Positions 39,473 to 54,596 of a DNA stretch of 64,000 nucleotides are shown here, in pieces (position 1 is the stretch's first letter; every line of letters starts with the position of its first letter). The DNA is from an uncultured Burkholderiaceae bacterium. Its GTDB lineage: Bacteria; Pseudomonadota; Gammaproteobacteria; Burkholderiales; Burkholderiaceae_F. The stretch is from assembly GCA_964610575.1 (NCBI GenBank), contig CAZSYX010000002.1, positions 4,478 to 68,477 on the forward strand, read 5' to 3'. A program made the position numbers and the translations under genes. The notes below the pieces were generated by a model that saw only the letters and a program-made list of their open reading frames with translations, was not told where the DNA came from and made no database searches.

Positions 39473-39711
39473 TGGGACGCATCCTCTTCTTCGTTGTCCT
39501 CGGCGTCGGCCTGTACGTCGCCTTCCGGATCTGGCGCAGCGGTCAGCAGCGCGGCGCCGCGACGCAGCCGCCAAAGGCGCCCGCCGCCGGGGAAGCGATG
39601 GTTCGTTGCGAGCACTGCGGTCTGAACGTCCCGAAGTCCGAAGCGCTCGCCGATGGCGATCGCTGGTATTGCAGCGAGGGCCATCGGCGCCTTGAACGCG
39701 ACGCCCGATGA
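39472..39711 (+). CDS. small membrane-anchored Cys-rich protein (PP0621-like)
   Basis: 79 aa with an N-terminal TM helix and then CEHC-x17-CSEGH. Its ATG shares a base with the ypjD TGA. Sits directly upstream of a PilS/PilR-like pair. Confidence 0.65.
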   Translation: MGRILFFVVLGVGLYVAFRIWRSGQQRGAATQPPKAPAAGEAMVRCEHCGLNVPKSEALADGDRWYCSEGHRRLERDAR

Positions 39712-39781
39712 TCGCCGCCCCGGAGCTCCGGGGGTACCCGCCGTCGCTCCCGGGGCAAGTCAGCTGAGACCGGAGAGCGGG

Positions 39782-41432
39782 ATGAACCTGTCGGCGGAGC
39801 TCGATCGCGACGACGACTCAGCGCCGCAGTGGCGCATCCTGCAGTATCTGGGGCTGGCACGGCTGATCATCGCGATCGGCCTGTTACTGGCGATCGCGGC
39901 TCTGGGGCCTTCGATCAGGGGTGGGTCGGCGCCCGCCTACCTCGCGGCGGCAATCATCTACTTCGTCGGCGCCGCGGCGCTGGCGGTTGCCTCGATGTAC
40001 CTGCGCCGGCGCGCCGTCGTGCACATCACGGCGCAGATCGCCTTCGACTTCGCGCTGATATCGGCGCTGATGATCGCCAGCGGCGGCCTGCGCTCTGGGC
40101 TGGTGGTCCTGTATCTGCTGCCCTTGGCTGGTGCCTCGCTGCTGCTGCCGACGGCGGTCGTGTTCTTCGTCTGCGCGCTGGCAGTCATCACGATCCTTCT
40201 CGACGCGCTGGCACGCTCGCTGACCGCTGCCGGCACCGAGGCGTCGCTTTTCGAGGCCGGCCTGTACGGCGCGATGATGTTCGCCATCACCGCGCTGCTT
40301 CGGCTGCTTGCCCAGCGGCTGGCGGCGCAGGAGCAACTGGCCCAGCAGCGCGGGCGGAATCTGCACAATCAGCTGGCCATCAACAGGCTGGTCATCGCTC
40401 AGCTCGAACAGGGCGTCGTGGTGGTCGACGCCGACGCGCGGGTGCGTGCCAACAACCGCGCCGCGCGACTGCTCTTCGGCATGAAGCCGGAGGCACAGCT
40501 CACCGGCGAGCGGCTGTCTTCCCTCGAGCGCTTGGTGCCGCTGGTATCCGCCTTCCGGCGCTGGCGCGAGGGCGGCACGGAAGAGGGCATGAGCGGCGCC
40601 AACATCGTTGAGCTGCCGGAGCTTCGGCTGCGCGCGCGCTTCGTGCAGCCGTCGGCCGAGCAGAGCGACGAGTTCCTGATTTTCATCGAGGATCAGCGCG
40701 CGCTGGACGAACGCGCGCAGCAGCTCAAGCTCGCCTCGATGGGACGGTTGACTGCATCCATCGCGCACGAGATCCGCAATCCGCTGGCCGCGATCAGCCA
40801 TGCGAGCCAGCTGCTTGTCGAAGACGCCCCCGATGCCGGCCTCAAGCGGCTGGCGTCAATCGTGCGAGAGAACACCCTGCGGCTGAACCGGCTGGTCGAC
40901 GATATCCTGCGCGTGGCCCGGCGCGAGGCGCCGCTGGGCGATGACATCGAACTGGCGGACTTCCTTCCCGAATGGCTGGACGAGTTCGTCCGCGACCGAC
41001 CTCAGGCCCGGGGCCGGGTCATGCTCCAGGTGCCGGCCGGCGCGCGCGTGAAGTTCGAGCGGTCGCATCTGCGGCAGGTCCTCTACAACCTGCTCGACAA
41101 TGCGCTGCGCTATGCCAGTGACTCCGCCGGCGCCGTCCGCGTGTTCGTCGACGAGCGGGGCTCGGCGGTCGAGCTCTGGGTGATCGACGACGGGCCCGGG
41201 GTCACCGACGGCGTCCGTGCCTCTCTCTTCGAACCGTTCAACACCACTCACGTGGCGGGGACCGGGCTTGGCCTGTACATCGCGCGTGAGTTCTGCCTGG
41301 CCAACCGCTGCCATCTGGGCTACGACGAAGTGACGCTGCCCGACGGCAGCCTGCACCGCGGCTTTGTCGTGCGCTTTACCGCCGCGGATGCCGAACGGCA
41401 AGGATCAGACTTCCTCGATACGATGACGCCCC

Positions 41433-41440
<8 letters not shown>
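39782..41440 (+). CDS. sensor histidine kinase, PilS-like
   Basis: ATG 39782 is preceded by GGAGAG. About six TM helices, a PAS-like region, an H-box SIAHEIRNPLAAI and a HATPase (GTGLGL). Confidence 0.85.
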
Positions 41441-42889
<1,449 letters not shown>

Positions 42890-42890
<1 letters not shown>

Positions 42891-43462
42891 TGGCTGTGCA
42901 GCCGTTGCGGTTCGGACCCGACGGCTGGGTCGACGGCGTCAGGCAGGTTCAGAGCCCGAATTGCGACGCGCGGCCTGCCGGCATGGCGGTCGAGCTGCTG
43001 GTTTTGCACAACATCAGCCTGCCGCCTGGCCATTACGGCGGCGGATGCATCGAGCGGTTGTTCTGCAACGATCCCGAGCCGCGGTCGCACCCTTTTCTGG
43101 AACTGCTCGCCGGATTGCGGGTTTCCGCGCACTTCCTGATCGAGCGCGACGGCAGGACCACCCAGTTCGTCAGCTGTCACCAACGGGCGTGGCACGCCGG
43201 CGCCTCTGCCTTCGAGGGGCGTACTGGCTGCAACGACTTCTCGATCGGCATCGAACTCGAAGGTGCCGACTTCGTTGCCTTCGAGCCCGCGCAGTATGCG
43301 GCGCTCGCGCAACTGGCGCGGGCGCTGCGCATCGGCCTGCCGCTGCGCGCTGTGCGCGGACATAGCCACATCGCGCCAGGCCGCAAGACTGACCCGGGCC
43401 CGCTCTTCGACTGGCACCGCTTCGCCAGGCACGCCGAACTGCCGGCGGGCTGGCTGCCCTAG
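42890..43462 (+). CDS. ampD: 1,6-anhydro-N-acetylmuramyl-L-alanine amidase
   Basis: GTG start overlapping the pilR-like TAG. Motifs LLVLHNISLPPG, VSAHFLIERDG, RAWHAG, NDFSIGIELEG and KTDPGP align with E. coli AmpD as I recall it. Confidence 0.88.
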
Positions 43463-43550
43463 TCCCTGCCGATTTGCCTCGGCATCGCCGCGGTCAAGCG
43501 CCGCGCTGCGCCCGGCCGCCGAAAAAGTCGAGCAAGACGGTCGGCGGCAG

Positions 43551-43579
43551 TTGAGCTGAGCGCCGACATCCCCTATGAT
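43551..43579 (+). promoter_or_regulatory. putative sigma70 promoter of nrdAB
   Basis: TTGAGC (43551-43556), 17-nt spacer, TATGAT (43574-43579). Confidence 0.5.
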
Positions 43580-43585
43580 CCACCG

Positions 43586-43632
43586 CCACTAGACCTTGTG
43601 CACCGCGCTGGCTTGAGCACAATATGTTGTGT
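43586..43632 (+). promoter_or_regulatory. tandem NrdR boxes
   Basis: Strong box GCACAATATGTTGTGT (43617-43632) and weaker box CCACTAGACCTTGTGC (43586-43601). Centres are 31 bp apart and the pair lies immediately downstream of the -10. This matches the known 16-bp NrdR palindrome and its tandem arrangement. Confidence 0.65.
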
Positions 43633-43824
43633 TCAGGTGGCCGGCAGCCTGGCAGCGCGACCGGCGCTGCGGGCCGACCGGGCGGGGCTTGCCTGCAGCC
43701 GGGGCGTAAGCGGGGCGGGGCGGCGGCGATCAACAGCTTGTGTGCGCGGATGCAGGCGCAGCCGATCAGAACAATGGACGTCGTCGTCCCTGGCGGGCGA
43801 TCGGCGTCGAACAACGGAGGCAAG

Positions 43825-46734
<2,910 letters not shown>

Positions 46735-46772
46735 CCGGCCGACAAGACGGACCAACCAACAAGGAACGACAG

Positions 46773-47909
46773 ATGCTGTCTTGGGAAGATTCCGCCGCCA
46801 TCCCGGCCGCACCGATGCCAAATCGGCAGCCGCCCGCGAACGATCTGCCGGCGTTCTGCGCGCCGGCCGGCTCGCAGGTCGCGGCGGATACCCGCCGTGT
46901 CAACGTTGCCGACAAGCGGATCATCAACGGCCGCACCGACGTCAACCAGCTGGTGCCGTTCAAGTACAAGTGGGCCTGGGACAAGTATCTGGCCACCTGC
47001 GCCAACCACTGGATGCCGCAGGAAATCAACATGTCCCGCGACATTGCCCTGTGGAAGGACCCCAACGGTCTGACCGAGGACGAGCGCCGGTTGGTCAAGC
47101 GCAACCTCGGCTTCTTCGTCACCGCCGACTCCCTGGCCGCCAACAACATCGTGCTCGGCACTTACCGGCACATCACGGCGCCGGAGTGCCGGCAGTTCCT
47201 GCTGCGGCAGGCGTTCGAGGAGGCGATCCACACCCACGCCTACCAGTACATCGTCGAGTCGCTCGGGCTGGACGAGGGCGAGATCTTCAACGCCTACCAC
47301 GAGATCGCCTCGATCCGCGCCAAGGACGAGTTCCTGATCCCGTTCATCGACGCCCTGACCGATCCGAACTTCGCCACCGGAACGACGGAGAGCGACCAGA
47401 AGCTGCTGAAGAGCCTGATCGTCTTCGCCTGCCTGATGGAGGGGCTGTTCTTCTACGTCGGCTTCGCCCAGATCCTGGCGCTCGGCCGGCAGAACAAGAT
47501 GACCGGCGCCGCCGAGCAGTACCAGTACATCCTTCGCGACGAGTCTATGCACTGCAACTTCGGCATCGACCTCATCAACCAGATCAAGCTGGAGAACCCG
47601 CATCTGTGGACGCCGGCCTTCCGCGAGGAGATCCGCGGGCTGTTCCGGCGGGCGGTCGACCTGGAATACGCCTACGCCGAGGACACCATGCCGCGCGGCG
47701 TGCTCGGGCTGAACGCGCCGATGTTCAAGGGCTATCTCCGCTACATCGCCAACCGGCGCGCGCAGCAGATCGGCATCGAGCCGCTGTTCGCCGCCGAGGA
47801 CAACCCCTTTCCGTGGATGAGCGAAATGATCGACCTGAAAAAGGAGCGCAACTTCTTCGAGACGCGGGTGATCGAGTATCAGACCGGCGGAGCGTTGAGC
47901 TGGGAGTAG
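46773..47909 (+). CDS. nrdB: ribonucleoside-diphosphate reductase beta subunit
   Basis: ATG 46773. Di-iron/tyrosyl motifs [11 protein letters not shown] and [10 protein letters not shown]. Confidence 0.94.
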   Translation: MLSWEDSAAIPAAPMPNRQPPANDLPAFCAPAGSQVAADTRRVNVADKRIINGRTDVNQLVPFKYKWAWDKYLATCANHWMPQEINMSRDIALWKDPNGLTEDERRLVKRNLGFFVTADSLAANNIVLGTYRHITAPECRQFLLRQAFEEAIHTHAYQYIVESLGLDEGEIFNAYHEIASIRAKDEFLIPFIDALTDPNFATGTTESDQKLLKSLIVFACLMEGLFFYVGFAQILALGRQNKMTGAAEQYQYILRDESMHCNFGIDLINQIKLENPHLWTPAFREEIRGLFRRAVDLEYAYAEDTMPRGVLGLNAPMFKGYLRYIANRRAQQIGIEPLFAAEDNPFPWMSEMIDLKKERNFFETRVIEYQTGGALSWE

Positions 47910-48024
47910 CGCATTCGACTTTGCTGATGTCGACCTCATGCGTCTGCATGAGCGAGCGTTCAGTGAGTCGTTGCGCAGGCGTTGAATAAATCGAACAACT
48001 CACACGTGAAAATCGCGAAAACTC

Positions 48025-48054
48025 TTGCGAGTGAAATTGATTGAGAGTAAAAAT
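48025..48054 (+). promoter_or_regulatory. putative sigma70 promoter inside the AT-rich spacer
   Basis: TTGCGA (48025-48030), 17-nt spacer, TAAAAA(T) (48048-48054). Confidence 0.4.
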
Positions 48055-48059
48055 CAACC

Positions 48060-48288
48060 TCATGTTGAGTTGCTCGATTCGTTGATCAAACAGCGAACTT
48101 CGATCACGACATTGAACTCCGACAACCACAGCAAAAGCTCCATCGTCAAAGACACCCGACGAACCGCTAACAAGACACTTGGGTCTTGTGGGGTCGTTCC
48201 CTCTCTGAAGCCCGAGGCATCTGCGGCAGTCAAGAAACCCGGGTCTTCTTCCTTTCTGAACGCCGGCCACGCGCCGGCGTTTTCTTTG
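48060..48288 (+). ncRNA. candidate small RNA (about 230 nt, unclassified)
   Basis: Bounded by the putative promoter and an intrinsic terminator. Internal hairpins at 48171-48188 and 48232-48250. No credible ORF or SD. It could instead be an nrdB 3' UTR. Confidence 0.3.
48259..48288 (+). terminator. rho-independent terminator
   Basis: AACGCCGGC (48259-48267), loop CACGC, GCCGGCGTT (48273-48281), then TTCTTTG. The U-tract is present only on the plus strand. Confidence 0.7.
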
Positions 48289-48522
48289 CGCGCGCGCCGG
48301 CGGTTGTCGGCGCTGCTGCGCGGTGCCGAATTCATCAGCGTCAGCGGTCTTCGCACTGACCGTTCCGCGCTCCGCTCGGATATGCGTCCATCAAAACGCA
48401 CTTCTGGGGTTGCCGCGGCGACAGCGCGTCCGCATGCGCCGATGAATAGCTCGAGCGTGGCCTGGACCGGCCACTTCGGGTTTGCTCATCAACCCCTTAT
48501 CGATCTCAGTTAGGAGATGACT

Positions 48523-48918
48523 ATGGCAACGAAGAAAACCGCTAAGAAGGCCGCCAAGAAACCGGCCAAGAAGACCGTGAAGAAAGCGGCGGCGAAGAAG
48601 ACCGTGAAGAAAGCGGCGGCGAAGAAGACCGCCAAGAAGGCCGTCAAGAAAGCGGTCAGGAAAGTAGTCAAGAAGGCAAAGAAAGCGGCGGCGAAGAAGA
48701 CCGCCAAGAAGGCGGTCAAGAAGACCGCCAAGAAAGCTGCTAAAAAAAAAGTAGCTAAGAAGGCTGCAGCCAAGCCCGCTGCCAAAGCCAAGCCCGTGAA
48801 GAAGGCTGCACCGGCTGCCAAGCCGGCTGCACCTGCTCCGGCGGCCCCGGCACTGGGCGCGAAGACGGCACTGAATCCGGCGGCCGCATGGCCGTTCCCG
48901 ACCGGCAGCCGTCCGTAA
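48523..48918 (+). CDS. Lys/Ala-rich histone H1-like (AlgP/BpH1-like) DNA-binding protein
   Basis: AKKAAKK-type repeats over ~100 aa followed by a Pro/Ala tail ending LNPAAAWPFPTGSRP. AGGAG at 48512-48516 favours ATG 48523; ATG 48517 is also in frame. Confidence 0.8.
   Translation: MATKKTAKKAAKKPAKKTVKKAAAKKTVKKAAAKKTAKKAVKKAVRKVVKKAKKAAAKKTAKKAVKKTAKKAAKKKVAKKAAAKPAAKAKPVKKAAPAAKPAAPAPAAPALGAKTALNPAAAWPFPTGSRP
48568..48621 (+). repeat. perfect tandem duplication of a 27-bp unit inside the H1-like gene
   Basis: AAGAAGACCGTGAAGAAAGCGGCGGCG occurs twice (48568-48594 and 48595-48621). A further ~40-nt near-identical copy pair starts near 48608 and 48676. Confidence 0.9.
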
Positions 48919-48944
48919 GCGGCCGCGTAGCAGTTTCGCTTCTT

Positions 48945-48982
48945 AAAGGGGCGCTGAGACTCTCAGCGCCCCTTTTTCTTCC
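48945..48982 (+). terminator. rho-independent terminator of the H1-like gene
   Basis: AAAGGGGCGCTGAG...CTCAGCGCCCCTTT hairpin followed by TTTCTT. Confidence 0.8.
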
Positions 48983-49036
48983 TGTGCGTCGCCCCTCGCT
49001 AGAATCGGTCGACCTGACCCGACAGTTCGCAACCCC

Positions 49037-49585
49037 ATGCTCTTGGTCGACATCGGCGAGTTCCTGCTGCAGACGATCGCGGTGATCCTCGGCGTCACCT
49101 TGCTCGCGCGCGCCTACATGAGCTACCTCGGACTGCCTGCGCGAAACCCGCTGGCTCAGTTCGGCATTGCGCTGACCGACTGGCTGGTGCGCCCGTTGCG
49201 ACGCCTGGTGCCTGCCGTGGGACGCCTCGACATTTCCGCTCTGCTGGCGGCGGCACTGGTCGCAGTGATCTTCGTCGGCCTGCGGTTTCTGCTGGTCGGC
49301 GTGGGCATGGCCAGCTGGCCATGGTCGGCCCTGCTGCTCATGGCGCTGATCGAACTGCTGCGCTGGGCGCTTTATTTGGTGCTCTGGCTGACCCTGCTGC
49401 ACGTCGTGCTGAGCTGGGTCAACCCGCACGCGCCAATCGCACCGGCGGTGTCCATGCTGGCGCGGCCGTTCCTGGCGCCCTTTCAGCGGGCGTTGCCACT
49501 GGTGGGCGGCATCGATCTTTCGCCACTGGTGGTGATCCTGATCGTCAACGTGATGCTCATCGTCCTGGCGCGCAGCGGGCTGTAG
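49037..49585 (+). CDS. yggT: YggT family membrane protein
   Basis: 182 aa with two YggT-type repeats, each a pair of TM helices (LLRWALYLVLWLTLLHVVLSW). Confidence 0.75.
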   Translation: MLLVDIGEFLLQTIAVILGVTLLARAYMSYLGLPARNPLAQFGIALTDWLVRPLRRLVPAVGRLDISALLAAALVAVIFVGLRFLLVGVGMASWPWSALLLMALIELLRWALYLVLWLTLLHVVLSWVNPHAPIAPAVSMLARPFLAPFQRALPLVGGIDLSPLVVILIVNVMLIVLARSGL

Positions 49586-49594
49586 TCGCCGTGT

Positions 49595-50530
49595 CTACCA
49601 GGGGCGGAAACTGAAGGATTCGCCGAAGCGGTCGGCGATCTCGTCGCGCGAGGCGGTGTGGTTCTGTGCACCGCTCTGTTCGATCTTCAGCGCACCCATC
49701 ACCGCGGCCAGCCGTCCGGTGGTTTCCCAGTCCATGCCGTTGGCCAGGCCGTACAGGAGCCCCGCGCGGTAGGCGTCGCCGCAGCCGGTGGGATCCACGA
49801 CGCGGCGCGTCCGAGCCACCGGGATGTGCAGCACCCGACCGCCGACAAAGATGTCCGAGCCCTGGCCGCCGCGCGTCACGATCAGCGCGCTGACTTTCTG
49901 CGCCAGTGTCTCGATTGGCTTGCCGGTCTTGTCGACCACCAGCTGTGCTTCGTAGTCGTTGAGCACAGCGTAAGTGGCCTGGCCCAGGAAGGTGTCGAGT
50001 TCCGCTGCGTCGAACATCGGCAGGCCCTGCCCGGGGTCGAAGATGAACGGGATGCCGTGTTCGGCGAACTGCGTCGCATGGGCGATCATCCCCTCGCGTC
50101 CATCGGGTGCAACGATGCCCAGCCGGACCGAACCGTCCACCGGCACCTCGTTCAGGTGCGACAGCGACATTGCGCCGGGGTGGAAGGCGGTGATCTGGTT
50201 GTCATCGAGATCGGTGGTGATGAAGGCCTGCGCCGTGTAACTGTCGGCGACCTCGCGCAGATGGGCACGGTTGATGCCGAGTCCCGCGAACCGCTGCAGA
50301 TACGCCGCCGCGTCGTTGCCAACCGTCGCCATTGGCAGCGGGTCGCCGCCAAGCAGCTTCAGGCTGTAGGCAATGTTGCCGGCCGTGCCCCCGTACTCGC
50401 GCCGCAGCTGCGGCACGAGGAAGGCGACGTTCAGGATATGGACCTGCTCGGGCAGGATGTGATCCTTGAAACGCCCCCGGAAAACCATGATCGAGTCGAA
50501 GGCGATCGAACCGCAGATCAGTGTGCTCAT
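49595..50530 (-). CDS. PfkB-family carbohydrate/nucleoside kinase
   Basis: Start at ATG 50530 (MSTLICGSIAFD). GGTAGN motif and PfkB signature DPTGCGDAYRAG. Confidence 0.85.
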   Translation of the reverse strand: MSTLICGSIAFDSIMVFRGRFKDHILPEQVHILNVAFLVPQLRREYGGTAGNIAYSLKLLGGDPLPMATVGNDAAAYLQRFAGLGINRAHLREVADSYTAQAFITTDLDDNQITAFHPGAMSLSHLNEVPVDGSVRLGIVAPDGREGMIAHATQFAEHGIPFIFDPGQGLPMFDAAELDTFLGQATYAVLNDYEAQLVVDKTGKPIETLAQKVSALIVTRGGQGSDIFVGGRVLHIPVARTRRVVDPTGCGDAYRAGLLYGLANGMDWETTGRLAAVMGALKIEQSGAQNHTASRDEIADRFGESFSFRPW

Positions 50531-50603
50531 CGGGATCGAATGTCCGGCTGCCTCGCCGCTTGGCTCCCGGCACGGCTGGCCAAGGTGCATGGCAGGGAGT
50601 GCA

Positions 50604-51665
50604 TCAGAGATAGAAGGGGTAGACGACGAAGCCGGCGGCATTCAGGCCGCGCGCCTCGAAGGCGATCCTGACCGTCAGGTCAGCGCCCGGCTCGAGGCCG
50701 GCCAGCAGGTGCGCCTGCGGCTCGCTCTCGCCGGCCAGGTAGTCGGACGGTGAAAACACCTTGCGCGCGACGGTCCGATTCAGCGTGTCCGACAGCGTCA
50801 GTTCGATCGCCGGCAGGGCCAGCGTCATGTTGCCGCGATTGCGTACTACGGCCGTTAGTTCGAAGGCACTTGTGCCCGGCAGTGCTTGCAGTTCGCTGCC
50901 GACCACGGCCAGCAGGTCGCCCCGTGCCGGCCAGTTGACCGTGCAGCGGAAGACCTTGCACAAACCAGCGAGCGCTGGCCGTGCCTGCGGGAACTTGACC
51001 AGGATCTCGGCACGAAAAGCGACGGCAAGCTGCGCCAGCAGGAGAACCGCGAGAAGGAGTGCGCCGATGCCGAACATCATCGTGCGCCTGCGCTTCGTCT
51101 GCGCGTCGGCTTCGCGCAGGAAGGCTGGCGCGACCGGCTCGGCGACGGTGTCTGTCTCGTCGATGGCAGAGGGCTCGGCGGGTGGCTCTTCGGTGACGGG
51201 CTGCTCCGTCTCGGTCGCCGCGGCGCCAGCGGTGTCGCCGGCTTCCGCCGTGAAACGCGGAGAACCGACAGCGGGCAATGATGCCTCTGCCGAAGTGTCG
51301 GCGGCCGCCGACACTTCAGCCTGCGTCGGCGCCTCGGCGGCTGGTTCTTCAGCCGGCGGCTGCACCTCGGTCGTCGGTTCTGCTGCCGCTGGCATAGACG
51401 GAAACGGTGCCAGGCCGTGCCCAGACAGCGACTCGCTGGCGGTGGACTCGGCCTTCCTGATGGCAGCGATAACAGCCCCCACCGCGGGGGCTGCCTCGTG
51501 TGCCGGCGTCGACAGCGTCGCGTCGTCGATGTAGCTCAGCGTGCCGGTGGCGTCGAAGACATGACGGCAGGCGCCGCAGCGAACCAGCCCGCCACGCAGC
51601 TTCAACTGGTCCGCGGCCACGCGAAAGAGCGCGTGGCAGTTCGGGCAGCGGGTGGCAAGCGCCAT
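50604..51665 (-). CDS. zinc-ribbon (MJ0042-type) / DUF3426 membrane protein
   Basis: N-terminal CPNC...CGAC ribbon, an acidic Ala/Pro/Glu-rich linker, one TM helix and a C-terminal beta-rich domain. Lies next to prmA. Confidence 0.7.
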   Translation of the reverse strand: MALATRCPNCHALFRVAADQLKLRGGLVRCGACRHVFDATGTLSYIDDATLSTPAHEAAPAVGAVIAAIRKAESTASESLSGHGLAPFPSMPAAAEPTTEVQPPAEEPAAEAPTQAEVSAAADTSAEASLPAVGSPRFTAEAGDTAGAAATETEQPVTEEPPAEPSAIDETDTVAEPVAPAFLREADAQTKRRRTMMFGIGALLLAVLLLAQLAVAFRAEILVKFPQARPALAGLCKVFRCTVNWPARGDLLAVVGSELQALPGTSAFELTAVVRNRGNMTLALPAIELTLSDTLNRTVARKVFSPSDYLAGESEPQAHLLAGLEPGADLTVRIAFEARGLNAAGFVVYPFYL

Positions 51666-51674
51666 CTTTCCAGG

Positions 51675-52589
51675 TCAGCCGGCGACCGGCCCGCTACGGC
51701 GTCCGGCGAGGCACACCCATCCGTCCTCGGTCGCCCAGACTTGCAGCGGCACCGCGCGGTCGGCCTGCGCGTAGGTGGCGATCAGTTCGTCGGCCTGTCG
51801 CTGTAGCACGCCGGAGAGGACGAGCGATCCGCCCTGCGCCACGCGCGCCAGGAGCATCGGCGCGAGGAATCGCAGTGGGTTGGCGAGGATGTTGGCGAGC
51901 ACGACGTCGAATTGTCCGGCCGGAAGCCGGCCCGGCGCAGTGTACCGAGCGTCGACAGCATTGCGTTCGCTGTTGGCGCGCGCGGCGTCGAGTGCCTGCT
52001 CGTCGATATCGGTGCCGATCACTTCGCGCGCGCCGAGCTTCGCAGCCGCGATGGCGAGCACGCCGGAGCCGCAGCCGTAATCGAGCACGCGGGCGCCGCG
52101 GGGCATGTTCTGCAGCAGCCACACCAGGCACAGTCGGGTGGTTGGATGGGTGCCCGTGCCGAAGGCCACACCCGGATCGAGGCGGATGTTTATCGCCGCC
52201 GGATCGGGAGGTTCGTGCCAGCTGGGCACGATCCACAGTGCTTCGCCAATCCGGGTCGGAGGAAACTGCGCCTGAGTCAGGCGAACCCAGTCTGCATCCT
52301 CGACTTCACGCCGGCCACTGACTATCGGCGGCGTGATCGACAGCGTCTCGCAGGCGGCAGCAAGCAGCTGTGCCGGGTCGATGCCGGGCGGCAGAAGGAC
52401 CGACATCCGGTTGTGCGCCCAGGCCGCGCGGTCGGGCTCACCGCCCGGCTCTCCATATAGAGGCTGCTCGTCGACCGTGTTGGCATCCGCGTCTTCGATC
52501 GACACCGACAGCGCCCCGCCGTCGAGCAGCGCATCCGACAGGGCGTCAGCCGAACGGGCGTCGGCAAGAAGCGTGATCTCGCGCAGCAT
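51675..52589 (-). CDS. prmA: ribosomal protein L11 methyltransferase
   Basis: FGTGTHPTT and the SAM motif VLDYGCGSGVLAIAA. Confidence 0.92.
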   Translation of the reverse strand: MLREITLLADARSADALSDALLDGGALSVSIEDADANTVDEQPLYGEPGGEPDRAAWAHNRMSVLLPPGIDPAQLLAAACETLSITPPIVSGRREVEDADWVRLTQAQFPPTRIGEALWIVPSWHEPPDPAAINIRLDPGVAFGTGTHPTTRLCLVWLLQNMPRGARVLDYGCGSGVLAIAAAKLGAREVIGTDIDEQALDAARANSERNAVDARYTAPGRLPAGQFDVVLANILANPLRFLAPMLLARVAQGGSLVLSGVLQRQADELIATYAQADRAVPLQVWATEDGWVCLAGRRSGPVAG

Positions 52590-52679
52590 CAGGGTCAGTT
52601 CAAGGGTGTGGAGCGAACCGGCTCGGCGCCGGGGAGGGCGGCGACTCCGTGCCGAGAAGATTCGATGGGTCGGGCGGCC

Positions 52680-54038
<1,359 letters not shown>

Positions 54039-54088
54039 CGTTGATCTCGTTGCGGCGCGAGTCGGCGGCGCTGGCGCGGCCCGACGCG

Positions 54089-54559
54089 CTAGCCGATCAC
54101 GAAAAGGGGCTGCCCATATTCAACCGGCTGCCCGTTCTCGACCAGGATCTCTTTCACTTCCCCGGCGACCTCGGCCTCGATCTCGTTGAGCAGTTTCATC
54201 GCTTCGATGATGCACAGCGTGTCGCCGGGCTTGACCGCCTGTCCAGCCTCGACGAACGCCTTCGCGCCCGGGCTGGGCGAGCGGTAGAACGTGCCGACCA
54301 TCGGCGACTTGACGACGTTGCCTTTCGGCGGTTCAGGGGTCGCCTCCGCGGCGACTGGTGCTGCCGAGGGCGCCGGCGGCAGCGGCGTCGTGGCCGCTCC
54401 GGTCATCACCGTCTGCATCGGCGCGGGTGGTGCTGCCGCGACGACCGTCGGCGCATGCTTGACGATCCGGACCTTGTCCTCGCCCTCAGTGACCTCGATC
54501 TCCGCGATGCCGGACTCGGCGACGAGATCGATCAGTGTCTTCAATTTGCGCAAATCCAT
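54089..54559 (-). CDS. accB: acetyl-CoA carboxylase biotin carboxyl carrier protein
   Basis: ATG 54559 with GGAGG upstream. Biotinylation motif [11 protein letters not shown]. Confidence 0.95.
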   Translation of the reverse strand: MDLRKLKTLIDLVAESGIAEIEVTEGEDKVRIVKHAPTVVAAAPPAPMQTVMTGAATTPLPPAPSAAPVAAEATPEPPKGNVVKSPMVGTFYRSPSPGAKAFVEAGQAVKPGDTLCIIEAMKLLNEIEAEVAGEVKEILVENGQPVEYGQPLFVIG

Positions 54560-54596
54560 GCATCCTCCAACACTGCAGCCGTGGCCGCCTGCCCGT

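Noticed and set aside
43633-43824. Cobalamin riboswitch in the nrdA leader
   Set aside because: I could not find a B12-box-like element or the conserved core by eye. The leader remains unexplained, but I make no riboswitch claim.
48004-48021. CACGTGAAAAT resembling the centre and right arm of parS (TGTTTCACGTGAAACA)
   Set aside because: Only the right half matches (6/8). The left half matches 4/8, so it is not a palindrome.
48025-48513. 162-aa ORF filling the nrdB to H1-like spacer
   Set aside because: It has no SD and reads through a strong intrinsic terminator at 48259-48288. Its composition switches from AT-rich to GC-rich midway, and it has no recognisable motifs.
48510-48821. 103-aa Phe/Leu/Ala-rich, TM-looking ORF antisense to the H1-like gene
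   Set aside because: It is the mirror image of AAG/GCC-rich Lys/Ala codons (CTT/GGC). This is a compositional artefact with no start context.
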